DNA of 58,136 bases. It comes from Candidatus Uhrbacteria bacterium (GTDB lineage: Bacteria > Patescibacteriota > Patescibacteriia > UBA9934). Location of the stretch: contig CAINGB010000009.1 of the NCBI GenBank assembly GCA_903848275.1, forward strand, positions 1 through 58,136. The letters run 5' to 3'. The notes beneath the pieces were generated by a model, which was given only the letters and a program-made list of their open reading frames with translations, had not been told where the DNA came from and ran no database searches. Every line of letters starts with the position of its first letter. Position 1 is the stretch's first letter. This document shows, piece by piece, positions 29,720 through 38,582 of this stretch. The translations under genes and the position numbers were made by a program.

Positions 29720-29754
29720 ACAAAAACCAGCGCATAAAAACGCTGGTTTTTTGT
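29720..29754. terminator. Bidirectional terminator
   Basis: aaaaaccagcg-cataaaaa-cgctggtttttt between convergent genes. Confidence 0.8.
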
Positions 29755-29760
29755 ATCTGA

Positions 29761-32715
29761 CTATTTATGTTCGTTGACCGACTTTACAACGTGATCGAAC
29801 ATCTTTTCGCCGAAGTATGCCTTCAAGTCTGGATTCTTATCGAGCTTCTTATAGAAGTCGAAATGACGATTGAGCATTTCCACGAGTTCTTGACCAAGCA
29901 CCTCGTCAAACTTGATCTTCGCCGTATCACGGGCGTTGTTCTTAATAGAACCCTGCAACATCGGGTTATTCGCTAATCGTTCACCAAGCTGATTCGTGAT
30001 AACAACGTCTTCAAGTGAGAATTCTGTCCCGAAGCGGTCATTGATATCGGTGATGATTTTCGAGAGGCGATCTTGCTCCTTCACTTCTTCACTTCGTGTG
30101 CCGCTTTGCATCGGTTCGAGCGAGCCTTGCTCGTCCTCAAGACGAATCGCATCCTGACCACGGTGCACAATTTTGTATGATTCCATATCGACACTATCTA
30201 GCACTTCCGTCGGTAATTCCTCCTTGATTCGTGGGAGCTTCTTCAACAAAAGGCGCGTGAATGTGTAGAGCTTTTCCAGCTCTGAGCTTTCGTACGGGAT
30301 AATCTGCGAAGCAAACGCGTAACGACGAACGAAGTCCGTACACTTCTTTCGGAAGTCCTCCTGTTCCTGTGGAAGACAGTCTTCGAATTGCTGAACAGTT
30401 GCATCAAGAATGGCGTTGATCGTTGCCGGAGGAGCATTGTGGAACAGTTCTTGCACGAATCCGTCCACCTCGTGTTGCGTGAAAAGTTTGAACGAATACA
30501 AATCCCTTTCAAGATCATGGAGAATGTTCGGATCGGTACCTTCCGAGAGAACCGTTGTTGTGTAGTAAGGCTGGAATGACTCTTGAATATCACCCGCATC
30601 GTTTACGAAGTCGAGCACGAATACCTCATCCTTATCTGAAGTCGTACGATTCAATCGACTCAATGTCTGTACGGCACTGACTCCGCTCAACTTTTTATCG
30701 ACATACATGGAAGCCAGCAGAGGTTGATCGAACCCTGTCTGGAATTTTTCAGCGACAATGAGAAATTTGTACTCATTCTGTTCAAAAGTCTTTGCCGTAG
30801 TCGCTTCAGGAACACCGTTCATACCTCCTTCGGTATATTCAACCATCCCATCCTTTACCGTGCCCGAGAAAGCCACCAGAGCCCTGTAGGGATAGTTGTG
30901 TTCGCGCAGATAGGCATCCATGGCTATTTTGTACCGAACCGCGTGTAAACGCGATTTTGTCACAATCATCGCCTTTGCCTTGCCATGAATCTCCTTAGCA
31001 ATACGAGCACGGAAATGCTCAGCCATGATTTCCACTTTCTTCTGGATAGCATGCTCATGTTTCTCGACATAGCTAATCAAAAGACGTTGCGCCTTTTTCT
31101 TGTCGAATTCCGGATCATCCTCAACTTTCTTCAACAACGAAAAATATGCTTGATACGTTGTGTAATTCTTGAGTACGTCCAGAATGAATCGTTCCTCAAT
31201 GGCTTGTTTCATCGAATACAAACTGAACGGATAATACTTTCCGTCGATCGGGCTCTTTGTTCCGAACAGCTCCAGAGTTTTTTGTTTCGGAGTCGCTGTA
31301 AACGCAAAAAAGCTGATGTTGTCCGTTTTCACCTTTCGGCTGCGGAGCTTCTTCAGGATCATTTCTTCTGTCGTCTCAGGCTCTTCAGAATCCTGTTGCG
31401 CCGCTTCGTCGAGGCTAGACGTCGTCAGTGCTTCACGGAGATTCGCGGCTCCTTCGCCAGTCTGCGAAGAATGTGCCTCGTCGATAATCACCGCAAAGTT
31501 TTTCCCTGGGAGATTCCCAATCGAATCAACAATGAACGGAAACTTTTGAAGCGTAGTGATAACGATCTTCTCTCCGGTTTCTAACGCATCCTTCAGCTCC
31601 TGCGAGCCTTCGGTAATCGCCTTCACAACACCCGCGCGTTGCTCGAACTGCGTGACCGTATCCCGCAATTGGCGGTCGAGCACACGACGATCTGTAATCA
31701 CGAGAACGGTATCAAAGACCTTTTTGTCATCAGAGTTGTGTAACTCTGAAAGACGATGTGCCGCCCAGCCGATCGTATTGCTCTTGCCGCTACCCGCGCT
31801 GTGCTGAATGAGATAGTTCCGTCCCGCACCATTTTCTTTTGCATCTACGAGTAAACGCTGAACCGTATCGCGTTGGTGATAGCGAGGGAAGACAAGGGCT
31901 TCCTTGATGGTTTCCTTGCCTTTCTCGTCGGTACTCTTCAACTTTTGTAACGTGATGAATTTACCAATAAGTTCCAGAATACTCAGCTTCGTCCATACAT
32001 CCTCCCAAAGGTATGCCGTTTTGTATCCGCGGTCATTCGGCGGATTGCCAGAACCGCTGTTATATCCCTTGTTGAAAGGCAAAAAATACGTCTTGAGACC
32101 CGCGAGCTTTGTTGTCATGTACGCTTGATCCGCGTCCACGGCAAAGTGTGCCAAACATCGCTTGAAAGCCAAAAGAGGCTCTTTGTGGTCTCGATCCGTA
32201 CGGTATTGCTGAATTGCATTCCTGACCGTCTGTCCGCTCAGTTGATTCTTTAGTTCAATGGTGAAGATTGGGAGACCGTTCAAGAAAATAACGGTATCAA
32301 TGGAAAGATCGGGATTCTTTTCACTGTAATGCACCTGCCGCATGACGCTCAAGATATTTGCCTCATACAGACCCCGAGTTTCCTCGTTGATTCCAGAGTT
32401 CGGAGGGAAATATGCCATTTTAAAGCTCACACCATGATCGGTGAAACCGTTACGGAATACATCAAGCGCACCTCGTGTTTTCACTTCATCGGTCAACCGA
32501 CCAAACAAATGCTCATTCAATTCTTCTCCATGAATTTCTAACAGTTTCCCAACCGATTCGGGTTGCGTCGAGTCCAGAAACTCCAAAACCATCTCAGGAT
32601 CCAAACAAAGATTCTTGAGATAAAGTTGATTCGATTGCTTGCGATATCCGTTGGCATCGATGAGCTGTTTCTCGATGTACTCCTCGAAACCGATTTCTTT
32701 AGTGTTAGTTGGCAT
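29761..32715 (-). CDS. hsdR: Type I restriction enzyme, R subunit
   Basis: IDTVIFLNGLPIFTIELKN nuclease motif, QHSAGSGKS, IIDEAHSSQ, FTATPK, FQTGFDQP, QTLSRLNR. Confidence 0.95.
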   Translation of the reverse strand: MPTNTKEIGFEEYIEKQLIDANGYRKQSNQLYLKNLCLDPEMVLEFLDSTQPESVGKLLEIHGEELNEHLFGRLTDEVKTRGALDVFRNGFTDHGVSFKMAYFPPNSGINEETRGLYEANILSVMRQVHYSEKNPDLSIDTVIFLNGLPIFTIELKNQLSGQTVRNAIQQYRTDRDHKEPLLAFKRCLAHFAVDADQAYMTTKLAGLKTYFLPFNKGYNSGSGNPPNDRGYKTAYLWEDVWTKLSILELIGKFITLQKLKSTDEKGKETIKEALVFPRYHQRDTVQRLLVDAKENGAGRNYLIQHSAGSGKSNTIGWAAHRLSELHNSDDKKVFDTVLVITDRRVLDRQLRDTVTQFEQRAGVVKAITEGSQELKDALETGEKIVITTLQKFPFIVDSIGNLPGKNFAVIIDEAHSSQTGEGAANLREALTTSSLDEAAQQDSEEPETTEEMILKKLRSRKVKTDNISFFAFTATPKQKTLELFGTKSPIDGKYYPFSLYSMKQAIEERFILDVLKNYTTYQAYFSLLKKVEDDPEFDKKKAQRLLISYVEKHEHAIQKKVEIMAEHFRARIAKEIHGKAKAMIVTKSRLHAVRYKIAMDAYLREHNYPYRALVAFSGTVKDGMVEYTEGGMNGVPEATTAKTFEQNEYKFLIVAEKFQTGFDQPLLASMYVDKKLSGVSAVQTLSRLNRTTSDKDEVFVLDFVNDAGDIQESFQPYYTTTVLSEGTDPNILHDLERDLYSFKLFTQHEVDGFVQELFHNAPPATINAILDATVQQFEDCLPQEQEDFRKKCTDFVRRYAFASQIIPYESSELEKLYTFTRLLLKKLPRIKEELPTEVLDSVDMESYKIVHRGQDAIRLEDEQGSLEPMQSGTRSEEVKEQDRLSKIITDINDRFGTEFSLEDVVITNQLGERLANNPMLQGSIKNNARDTAKIKFDEVLGQELVEMLNRHFDFYKKLDKNPDLKAYFGEKMFDHVVKSVNEHK

Positions 32716-34075
32716 ATATTTTTCTTAGTGTAGCAATTCTTTTCTGTATTGCAGATGAATTTTTGTTGGTTGCTTTCATGAAAGCCATGACCTCGTAGTG
32801 GAATCCGTTGTGGAGTAGGCGTTCGGATAATCGATCTAGCGATGCCACGAAGTCATCCTTTTCCCTGTCGTGTAATCGCTCGTGAATTGCTGAAAATTGA
32901 TACGTTCTAGCGTCTTTAAGAAAATCGTCATCCAGATACCAGGAAAAAAGTTTAACTCTTTGAGAATAAGCGACTTTTTCCCAATTACAGGTTAAAGCAC
33001 GGTTCAGTAGTGGTAAACCACGAGCTTTTATTTTTTCTCGTTGGTCGCTGACGATTATCTTTGTCACCTCATCGATAAAATTATTTGATTTGTCCGGATC
33101 CTTGTTTGATCCAGGTTGAAGTAAGATATCAAACAGCTTATATGAACGGTACTCAATCATCTCATCAACAGTTCTGATGACCACCTTCTTTTGATTGATG
33201 GCTAAACCCAAAGCAAGCAGTTTTCTGGAAGCGCAGTAAATGACATGTTCAATTTGATCACGATTTTTTACAATGATTGCCTGGTCATCGGCGTATCGGA
33301 AATACTTTGCGCCAATTTCATCGCAAATTTTCTTGATGTAAATATCGTATTCTTGGAGATAAAAGTTCGCCAAAATTCGCGAGCAGTCAGACATGGCATC
33401 TTGTGGCAACCCTACCGTTTGAGGATTGTAATGATTGATCGACTTGTTCCAGAAATTTAGGAAATGAAAAAGAAGTGAAAGTTCATCACGATATTTCCCG
33501 TCAAAAACCTCTCCTATTTTACGTTTTAAAATGTCTAAATTAATCGAATCGTAAAAATTAGCGATATCTAACTCAACTACGTATCCCTCGCTGGATTCCT
33601 TCAGTGAAACGTAAAGTTTCGCGTTGAAATCCTTGTACGCGATATACCACGCCGTTGGCGAAAACGACCAAGACGGCATTGATACTGTTGGATCGAAAAG
33701 ATTTTCAATCTTTTTTTGTATTTCTACTTCTTCTGCATCTCTATAGTTTAAGCCACTGATGCTCCAGCCGCCGAAAGTATTTTCGGTTCTATTTCGAGCA
33801 AGTTTATGCTCGAGTCGAATGACGCAATAGTAATAAACGATGTAGTCCTTAATAGTAAAAACAGGAGAGATACGAGCAACACCAGATCCTTTGTTGTGAG
33901 CAATGTAAAATTCTGGCTTTACTGGATGATATGTTTTGCCTTTAATTTCCGTATAAACCAACTTCAAAAGTTCCTCTTTTTCTTGGTAGGAAGAGGGTGT
34001 GTTAAGAGGCAAATTCTGGAATGCTTTCCAAAATTTACGCCCAAAAATCTTTTTGAATGATTTATAGCCGATCAT
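32705..34075 (-). CDS. Reverse transcriptase (RNA-directed DNA polymerase domain), probably UG/Abi class
   Basis: ELDIANFYDSI, GLPQDAMSDCSRILANFYL, YFRYADD, LGLAINQKK; predicted helical C-terminal extension. Confidence 0.9.
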   Translation of the reverse strand: MIGYKSFKKIFGRKFWKAFQNLPLNTPSSYQEKEELLKLVYTEIKGKTYHPVKPEFYIAHNKGSGVARISPVFTIKDYIVYYYCVIRLEHKLARNRTENTFGGWSISGLNYRDAEEVEIQKKIENLFDPTVSMPSWSFSPTAWYIAYKDFNAKLYVSLKESSEGYVVELDIANFYDSINLDILKRKIGEVFDGKYRDELSLLFHFLNFWNKSINHYNPQTVGLPQDAMSDCSRILANFYLQEYDIYIKKICDEIGAKYFRYADDQAIIVKNRDQIEHVIYCASRKLLALGLAINQKKVVIRTVDEMIEYRSYKLFDILLQPGSNKDPDKSNNFIDEVTKIIVSDQREKIKARGLPLLNRALTCNWEKVAYSQRVKLFSWYLDDDFLKDARTYQFSAIHERLHDREKDDFVASLDRLSERLLHNGFHYEVMAFMKATNKNSSAIQKRIATLRKIYAN

Positions 34076-34081
34076 GTATTT

Positions 34082-35293
34082 CTATGTACCGCTCACTGAC
34101 TTCACAATGAGCGATTCACGGTACTCAATCAGTAACTTGCATGATCTAATGATGCGATCCGTCGCAGCATCTATCTTTTTTAGTGTTTGGTTTAATTCGG
34201 TAATAATTCGTTTTTGTTCACATAGAGACGGGAGAGGAATCTCTGTATTGGCTACTGATGCGTGGTCAAGGCTTTCGACTGTTGCGCCTAGTTTGCGCCA
34301 CTTATTAAGCAAGTTAGTTACGTTACCGTCTACAAAATAACGCAGATATTCTGGGTCTACTGCGTCGTTTGTAATCAGCACCTTAATGTCCTGATTCACT
34401 GCAACGCTAACTTCATTAACAGCAGTGGGAAGTGAATGTCTTAAAATTCCTGAACGGTATACCAAGAGCCATGATCGCGGTGGAATCAACATTCCAGCAG
34501 TGTTAGCGAGGCCTAATTCCGTGATCGTATCTTCGGTGGTTCTAATCACCTCGCTCTTCATATCTTTCGGCGATACCCAAGGAATAGATCCGTTCCAATA
34601 GTTTAAGTTTGCCGTTTCTGGAGTGCCACCACTATAAAAGTGTCCGAGATGTTTAAGTTTTTTAATCTTCCAATCCGCTGGAACCTTCCCAATCCATTCC
34701 ACACCGCTCTCAATATATTCAACACTTTTATCTAAACCCCGCGTGACGGCATGATGGATGATGGCTACGCGTTGCTCTTTAAGTATTCCAATAAGTAATC
34801 TTTTCTGTTCGATCAACCGTGCAATAGATTCCGAATCAGTATCCAGCTTCTTCGCTACCTTTAATTGATCAACCAGCGAAGGAAGATCAATTTTTTGATC
34901 GCCAATAAAAGTCCAATTAGCGCGAGGCATTTTAGAACCGTAAGTCGAATTATCTACGGCCTTAATGAAGTCGTCAGCTCGCAACCGATAGGCTAAGAAC
35001 GCTGGGCTAACCTTCTCTTTTTTTGAATTGAGGACTAGCAGTTCTCCAGTACAAACTCCTTCGTTCTTTGCCAATACAACTTTTGCAAGATAAGGGCGAA
35101 GCTTCCCAAATAAAACGTCATCTTTTTGGTAGTAACTAGTAACACCATCGGAAACGATTGGGGTTTCCGACTCGATAATTTTACCGGTGCCACTCTCAAT
35201 ATTTTCCAGCCCAAGATACGACAATCCGTCTTCAGATTGACCTCGAGTACCCCTGAGCGGGGCAATGTATTTGATCTTTATAGATTCGCTCAT
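34082..35293 (-). CDS. hsdS: Type I R-M specificity subunit
   Basis: Two TRD-plus-conserved-helix repeats (LFGKLRPYL...LPSLVDQ; SGGTP...PLPSLCEQKRII); AVTRGLD...SGVEWIGKVPADW linker. Start set at 35293. Confidence 0.95.
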   Translation of the reverse strand: MSESIKIKYIAPLRGTRGQSEDGLSYLGLENIESGTGKIIESETPIVSDGVTSYYQKDDVLFGKLRPYLAKVVLAKNEGVCTGELLVLNSKKEKVSPAFLAYRLRADDFIKAVDNSTYGSKMPRANWTFIGDQKIDLPSLVDQLKVAKKLDTDSESIARLIEQKRLLIGILKEQRVAIIHHAVTRGLDKSVEYIESGVEWIGKVPADWKIKKLKHLGHFYSGGTPETANLNYWNGSIPWVSPKDMKSEVIRTTEDTITELGLANTAGMLIPPRSWLLVYRSGILRHSLPTAVNEVSVAVNQDIKVLITNDAVDPEYLRYFVDGNVTNLLNKWRKLGATVESLDHASVANTEIPLPSLCEQKRIITELNQTLKKIDAATDRIIRSCKLLIEYRESLIVKSVSGT

Positions 35294-35294
35294 A

Positions 35295-37307
35295 TTACAA
35301 GCTTGCCATGAGCTTCGAGATCTCTTGCTCAAGTTCCTCTATTTCCTTTTTGATGACTTCGGTCGAACGCGGTGCCTCGTACTTGTAGAAGAAGCGGGTC
35401 ACAGGAACTTCATAGCCAATTCGACCGAGCTTTCCGTCCTTATGATCGGTACACGTTTCGTCGATCCATGCATCGGGGACGTACGGTTTTACCTCACGAT
35501 CAAAGTACACTCGAGCGTCTTCGTTTAGTGGCACATTCTCGCTATCTCGCAGAGTGCTGTCTGGCTCTATGCTTCCATCAGCAAGAGTGCAGACGTCGGC
35601 TTTCTCATCGCGTTCGCCGAGCATCGATAGAATGAATTTCAATACCGGCTTCTTGAGTTCAATCTTTTGCTCGTCGCATCGCTTTTTCATTGCCTCGACA
35701 AACTTTTCTTGGTTCAAATATGCCTCATCACCGAAGTTCTCGATGAGATGAAGGAGCTTTTGTTTTTCTGGATCAGGCAAACGGTCTTTGGTCATGAAGA
35801 TCTTCCAGAACACTTCGTGTCCTTTGAGACGCTCAATCCGTTCAGCTGATGCCTGAAAGTTCATCCGCAACGGACGCTCGACGACTATTTGTCGGTATCC
35901 AAAATCACTGTTCTTGAAGATCTTAGAGTATTCATTTTCGGCGAATCCCTTGTACAGCTCAAGAACCTTCGCGCGATGGGCATCGGTGATTTCGTTGCGC
36001 TTATTACCAAGGCTCTTCCGCATCTTTTCCGAGAAGCCGCGAGCATCAATAATTTGAACCACGCCTTTGCGCTTATCTTCTTTCCGATTCGTCACGAACC
36101 AGAGGTACGTTGGAATACCCGTGTTGAAGAAGAGTTGGTCCGGGAGCGCGACGACAGCTTCCAACCAATCATGTTCCAAAATCCAGCGACGGATTTCGCT
36201 TTCACCCTGACCAGCATCACCTGTGAAGAGCGGTGAGCCATTGAAGACGATGCCGATGCGCGAGCCTCCTTCGCTTTCTGGTCGCATTTTTGAAATGAGA
36301 TGCTGAAGGAAGAGGAACTGACCATCAGAAGATCGTGGAAGACCTGCGCCAAAACGTCCCGCGTATCCGCGTTCAGCTTCACGCTCAACTGCATCCATGT
36401 CCTTCTTCCAGTCCACACCGAATGGTGGGTTGGTAAGCATGTAGTCGAAATGTGTGCCGAAAAATTGATCGTTTGAAAGTGTGCTTGCGAGTGAGTGATC
36501 CTTTTCACCGCCCTTCATGTTGTCGGGGTTCTCGCCCTTAATCAGCATGTCTGACTTACACATGGCATAGGTGACCGGATTCAGTTCCTGACCGTAAAGG
36601 TACACACCAGCATCCTTGTTTACGTCGTTGCGAATGTACTCCTTTGCGATAGAAAGCATTCCGCCCGTTCCGCACGCACAGTCGTAAACGGTTTTGATGA
36701 TGTGTTCCTTCTTCAGTTTGTCTCGATCTGGCACGAAGAGAATCTCGACCATGAGTTTAATCACGTCGCGTGGAGTGTAATGTTCTCCAGCGGTTTCATT
36801 GGATTGCTCAGAGAACTTGCGGATGAGCTCCTCAAAGATCGATCCCATCTCGTGGTTGTCGACAACGTCAGGATGAAGGTCGACTTTATTCAATTCCTTG
36901 ATGATGAGGTAGAGCAGGTTACCGCCCTCGAGCCGTGAAAGTTGGCGGTCAAATTCAAACTTTTCAATAATGTCTTCGATGTTCGCACTGAATCCACGCA
37001 GATAGTGTTTAAAGTTGGTAGCGATGTGATCTGGGTCTTCAAGGAGTTTTTCAAAGTCGTATTCGGAGACGTTATAAAAACCAACCTTCGATGCGGCCTT
37101 CAAGACAGGGTCAATATCAATCTGAGCCTTCAGTTCGTTGTTCTGTTGAAGCACCTTCGCTTTTGTTGGAGCAAGGAGAGAATCAAGACGTTTAACCACG
37201 ACGAGCGGTAAAATAACGTCTTGGTACTCGTGTTGTTTCCAGCTTCCACGAAGAATTTCGGCGATGTTCCAGATGAGCTGTGCCTTGTCTCGAAAGTTGT
37301 TGGTCAT
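35295..37307 (-). CDS. hsdM: Type I R-M methyltransferase subunit
   Basis: GEHYTPRDV, YDCACGTGGML (SAM binding), NPPFG (N6-adenine catalytic). Start set at MTNNFRDK. Confidence 0.96.
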   Translation of the reverse strand: MTNNFRDKAQLIWNIAEILRGSWKQHEYQDVILPLVVVKRLDSLLAPTKAKVLQQNNELKAQIDIDPVLKAASKVGFYNVSEYDFEKLLEDPDHIATNFKHYLRGFSANIEDIIEKFEFDRQLSRLEGGNLLYLIIKELNKVDLHPDVVDNHEMGSIFEELIRKFSEQSNETAGEHYTPRDVIKLMVEILFVPDRDKLKKEHIIKTVYDCACGTGGMLSIAKEYIRNDVNKDAGVYLYGQELNPVTYAMCKSDMLIKGENPDNMKGGEKDHSLASTLSNDQFFGTHFDYMLTNPPFGVDWKKDMDAVEREAERGYAGRFGAGLPRSSDGQFLFLQHLISKMRPESEGGSRIGIVFNGSPLFTGDAGQGESEIRRWILEHDWLEAVVALPDQLFFNTGIPTYLWFVTNRKEDKRKGVVQIIDARGFSEKMRKSLGNKRNEITDAHRAKVLELYKGFAENEYSKIFKNSDFGYRQIVVERPLRMNFQASAERIERLKGHEVFWKIFMTKDRLPDPEKQKLLHLIENFGDEAYLNQEKFVEAMKKRCDEQKIELKKPVLKFILSMLGERDEKADVCTLADGSIEPDSTLRDSENVPLNEDARVYFDREVKPYVPDAWIDETCTDHKDGKLGRIGYEVPVTRFFYKYEAPRSTEVIKKEIEELEQEISKLMASL

Positions 37308-37308
37308 A

Positions 37309-38214
37309 TTAGACGAAGAGTTTTTCATATCCCTTAAGAGCGAAGATGCGGTTACGCTCACCACCGCCCGTGATTTCGAGTAAATGCAGGTCCTCGACGA
37401 GACGTGTCATGAGTTTGTTGAGCGTGTGGTAGGTGATTTTGAACTTTTTCCCATACGCCGCCTCAATCTCTCGTACAGTAAATGCCTCGCGCTCCATAAA
37501 ATACGGGAGGAGCTCAAGGGCGACTTTCTTCGGACGAGTCTCAAGAGAAACAATGGTATCCCTGTATCTCGCCTCGATAATGCGAATGACGTGATAGACA
37601 CTCTGCGTACGTTCTTCTGCGCGGAGAACGCTTTGTAGAAAATCATCAGGAGTCGTGTTCTGATCCTCAATCATGAATTTCGCAAGCGGAAGCATTGGGC
37701 TTGGAGTCAGATCGAAATGGACGAATAACGCATGGAGCAGAGCGTTCGCCATCACATTGTTACCCGAACGAAATGGAGCCAGTTTCAAAAAGGCAGCATG
37801 AATAAGGTGAATCCTCGTAAAGACATCGATTCTCACCAGTCCCACGATTTCATTTATCGCTTCGTTAAATTCTTCTCCTACCTCATCCGTGCGAAATTCA
37901 CCCGGAAAATATCGGTAACCATCGGGATGATCAAAAATTTGTCGATGTACTTTTTCAAGGAAAGGCGACCCCATCTCGATCTGCGGGCGCATAGCAATAA
38001 GAGCCGACGTGTAACGCTTCGCACACTCCATGTCGCCATGGGTGATTGCCTTGTTTTCCAAACGAGCTTCCATCTGAAATGCCGCTTCAGCCTCATGGGC
38101 GAGTAGGAGTCTTGTAGGAGCCGATAGCTCGTCAAGAGCCTCTCGAAAAGCACTCAAAACACCCGCAAAAAATGCGGCTTTTCCGACTGCTTCCATGTTA
38201 ATAATTTCTTCCAC
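37309..38214 (-). CDS. Fic-fold protein with degenerate active site and C-terminal winged-helix-like region
   Basis: PGEFRT, and HAAFLKLAPFRSGNNVMAN aligning to HPFxxGNGR; C-terminal LLEITGGGERNRIF. Confidence 0.7.
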   Translation of the reverse strand: MEEIINMEAVGKAAFFAGVLSAFREALDELSAPTRLLLAHEAEAAFQMEARLENKAITHGDMECAKRYTSALIAMRPQIEMGSPFLEKVHRQIFDHPDGYRYFPGEFRTDEVGEEFNEAINEIVGLVRIDVFTRIHLIHAAFLKLAPFRSGNNVMANALLHALFVHFDLTPSPMLPLAKFMIEDQNTTPDDFLQSVLRAEERTQSVYHVIRIIEARYRDTIVSLETRPKKVALELLPYFMEREAFTVREIEAAYGKKFKITYHTLNKLMTRLVEDLHLLEITGGGERNRIFALKGYEKLFV

Positions 38215-38248
38215 AATGTAATAAAGTGTTTACTTCTTTACATTGAGT

Positions 38249-38276
38249 ATTCTATCACATCCCATGTACCAGTCAA
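38249..38276 (-). promoter_or_regulatory. Sigma70-type promoter for the Fic-hsdM-hsdS-RT-hsdR operon
   Basis: Minus strand TTGACT-N16-TAGAAT with extended -10 TG. Confidence 0.6.
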
Positions 38277-38374
38277 GTTATCCGCTATAAATTGCCAAAT
38301 TTCCCCAAGGTTCCTTCAATTTCGCAGAAGACCCATAAGGGTAAGGAAGGGCTGTGAATAGCCAATGAAATCGC

Positions 38375-38403
38375 TTTACGTGAATTGGTTTGTAAGCTAT
38401 TAT
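38375..38403 (+). promoter_or_regulatory. Sigma70-type promoter upstream of the structured RNA and nuclease genes
   Basis: TTTACG-N17-TATTAT. Confidence 0.55.
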
Positions 38404-38409
38404 TTAGGA

Positions 38410-38528
38410 GCTTCACTACTCAGCCTATACAAGGGCCGAATTTCGGCTTAACCGGATCGCGCGTAATAAGCGGCGTATCCGGTTAAAACAGTTCTAGCAC
38501 GATCCGTGCTTGGGCTGGGTAGTGAAGC
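38410..38528 (+). ncRNA. Candidate structured ncRNA or 5' leader (multi-stem junction)
   Basis: 16-18-bp closing stem enclosing three hairpins; G-U pairs favour the + strand; begins at the predicted TSS. Confidence 0.55.
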
Positions 38529-38582
38529 ACCACCGGCATACGTCGCTTTTTGTATTATCGAAAGCGATTCCCGGGATGCTTT

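Noticed and set aside
32705-34075. RT as a group II intron, DGR, CRISPR-associated RT or classical retron
   Set aside because: Only 6 nt upstream and an overlap downstream leave no room for intron domains or an adjacent msr/msd. I found no TR/VR repeat pair, no cas1 or array, and no NAxxH/VTG retron motifs.
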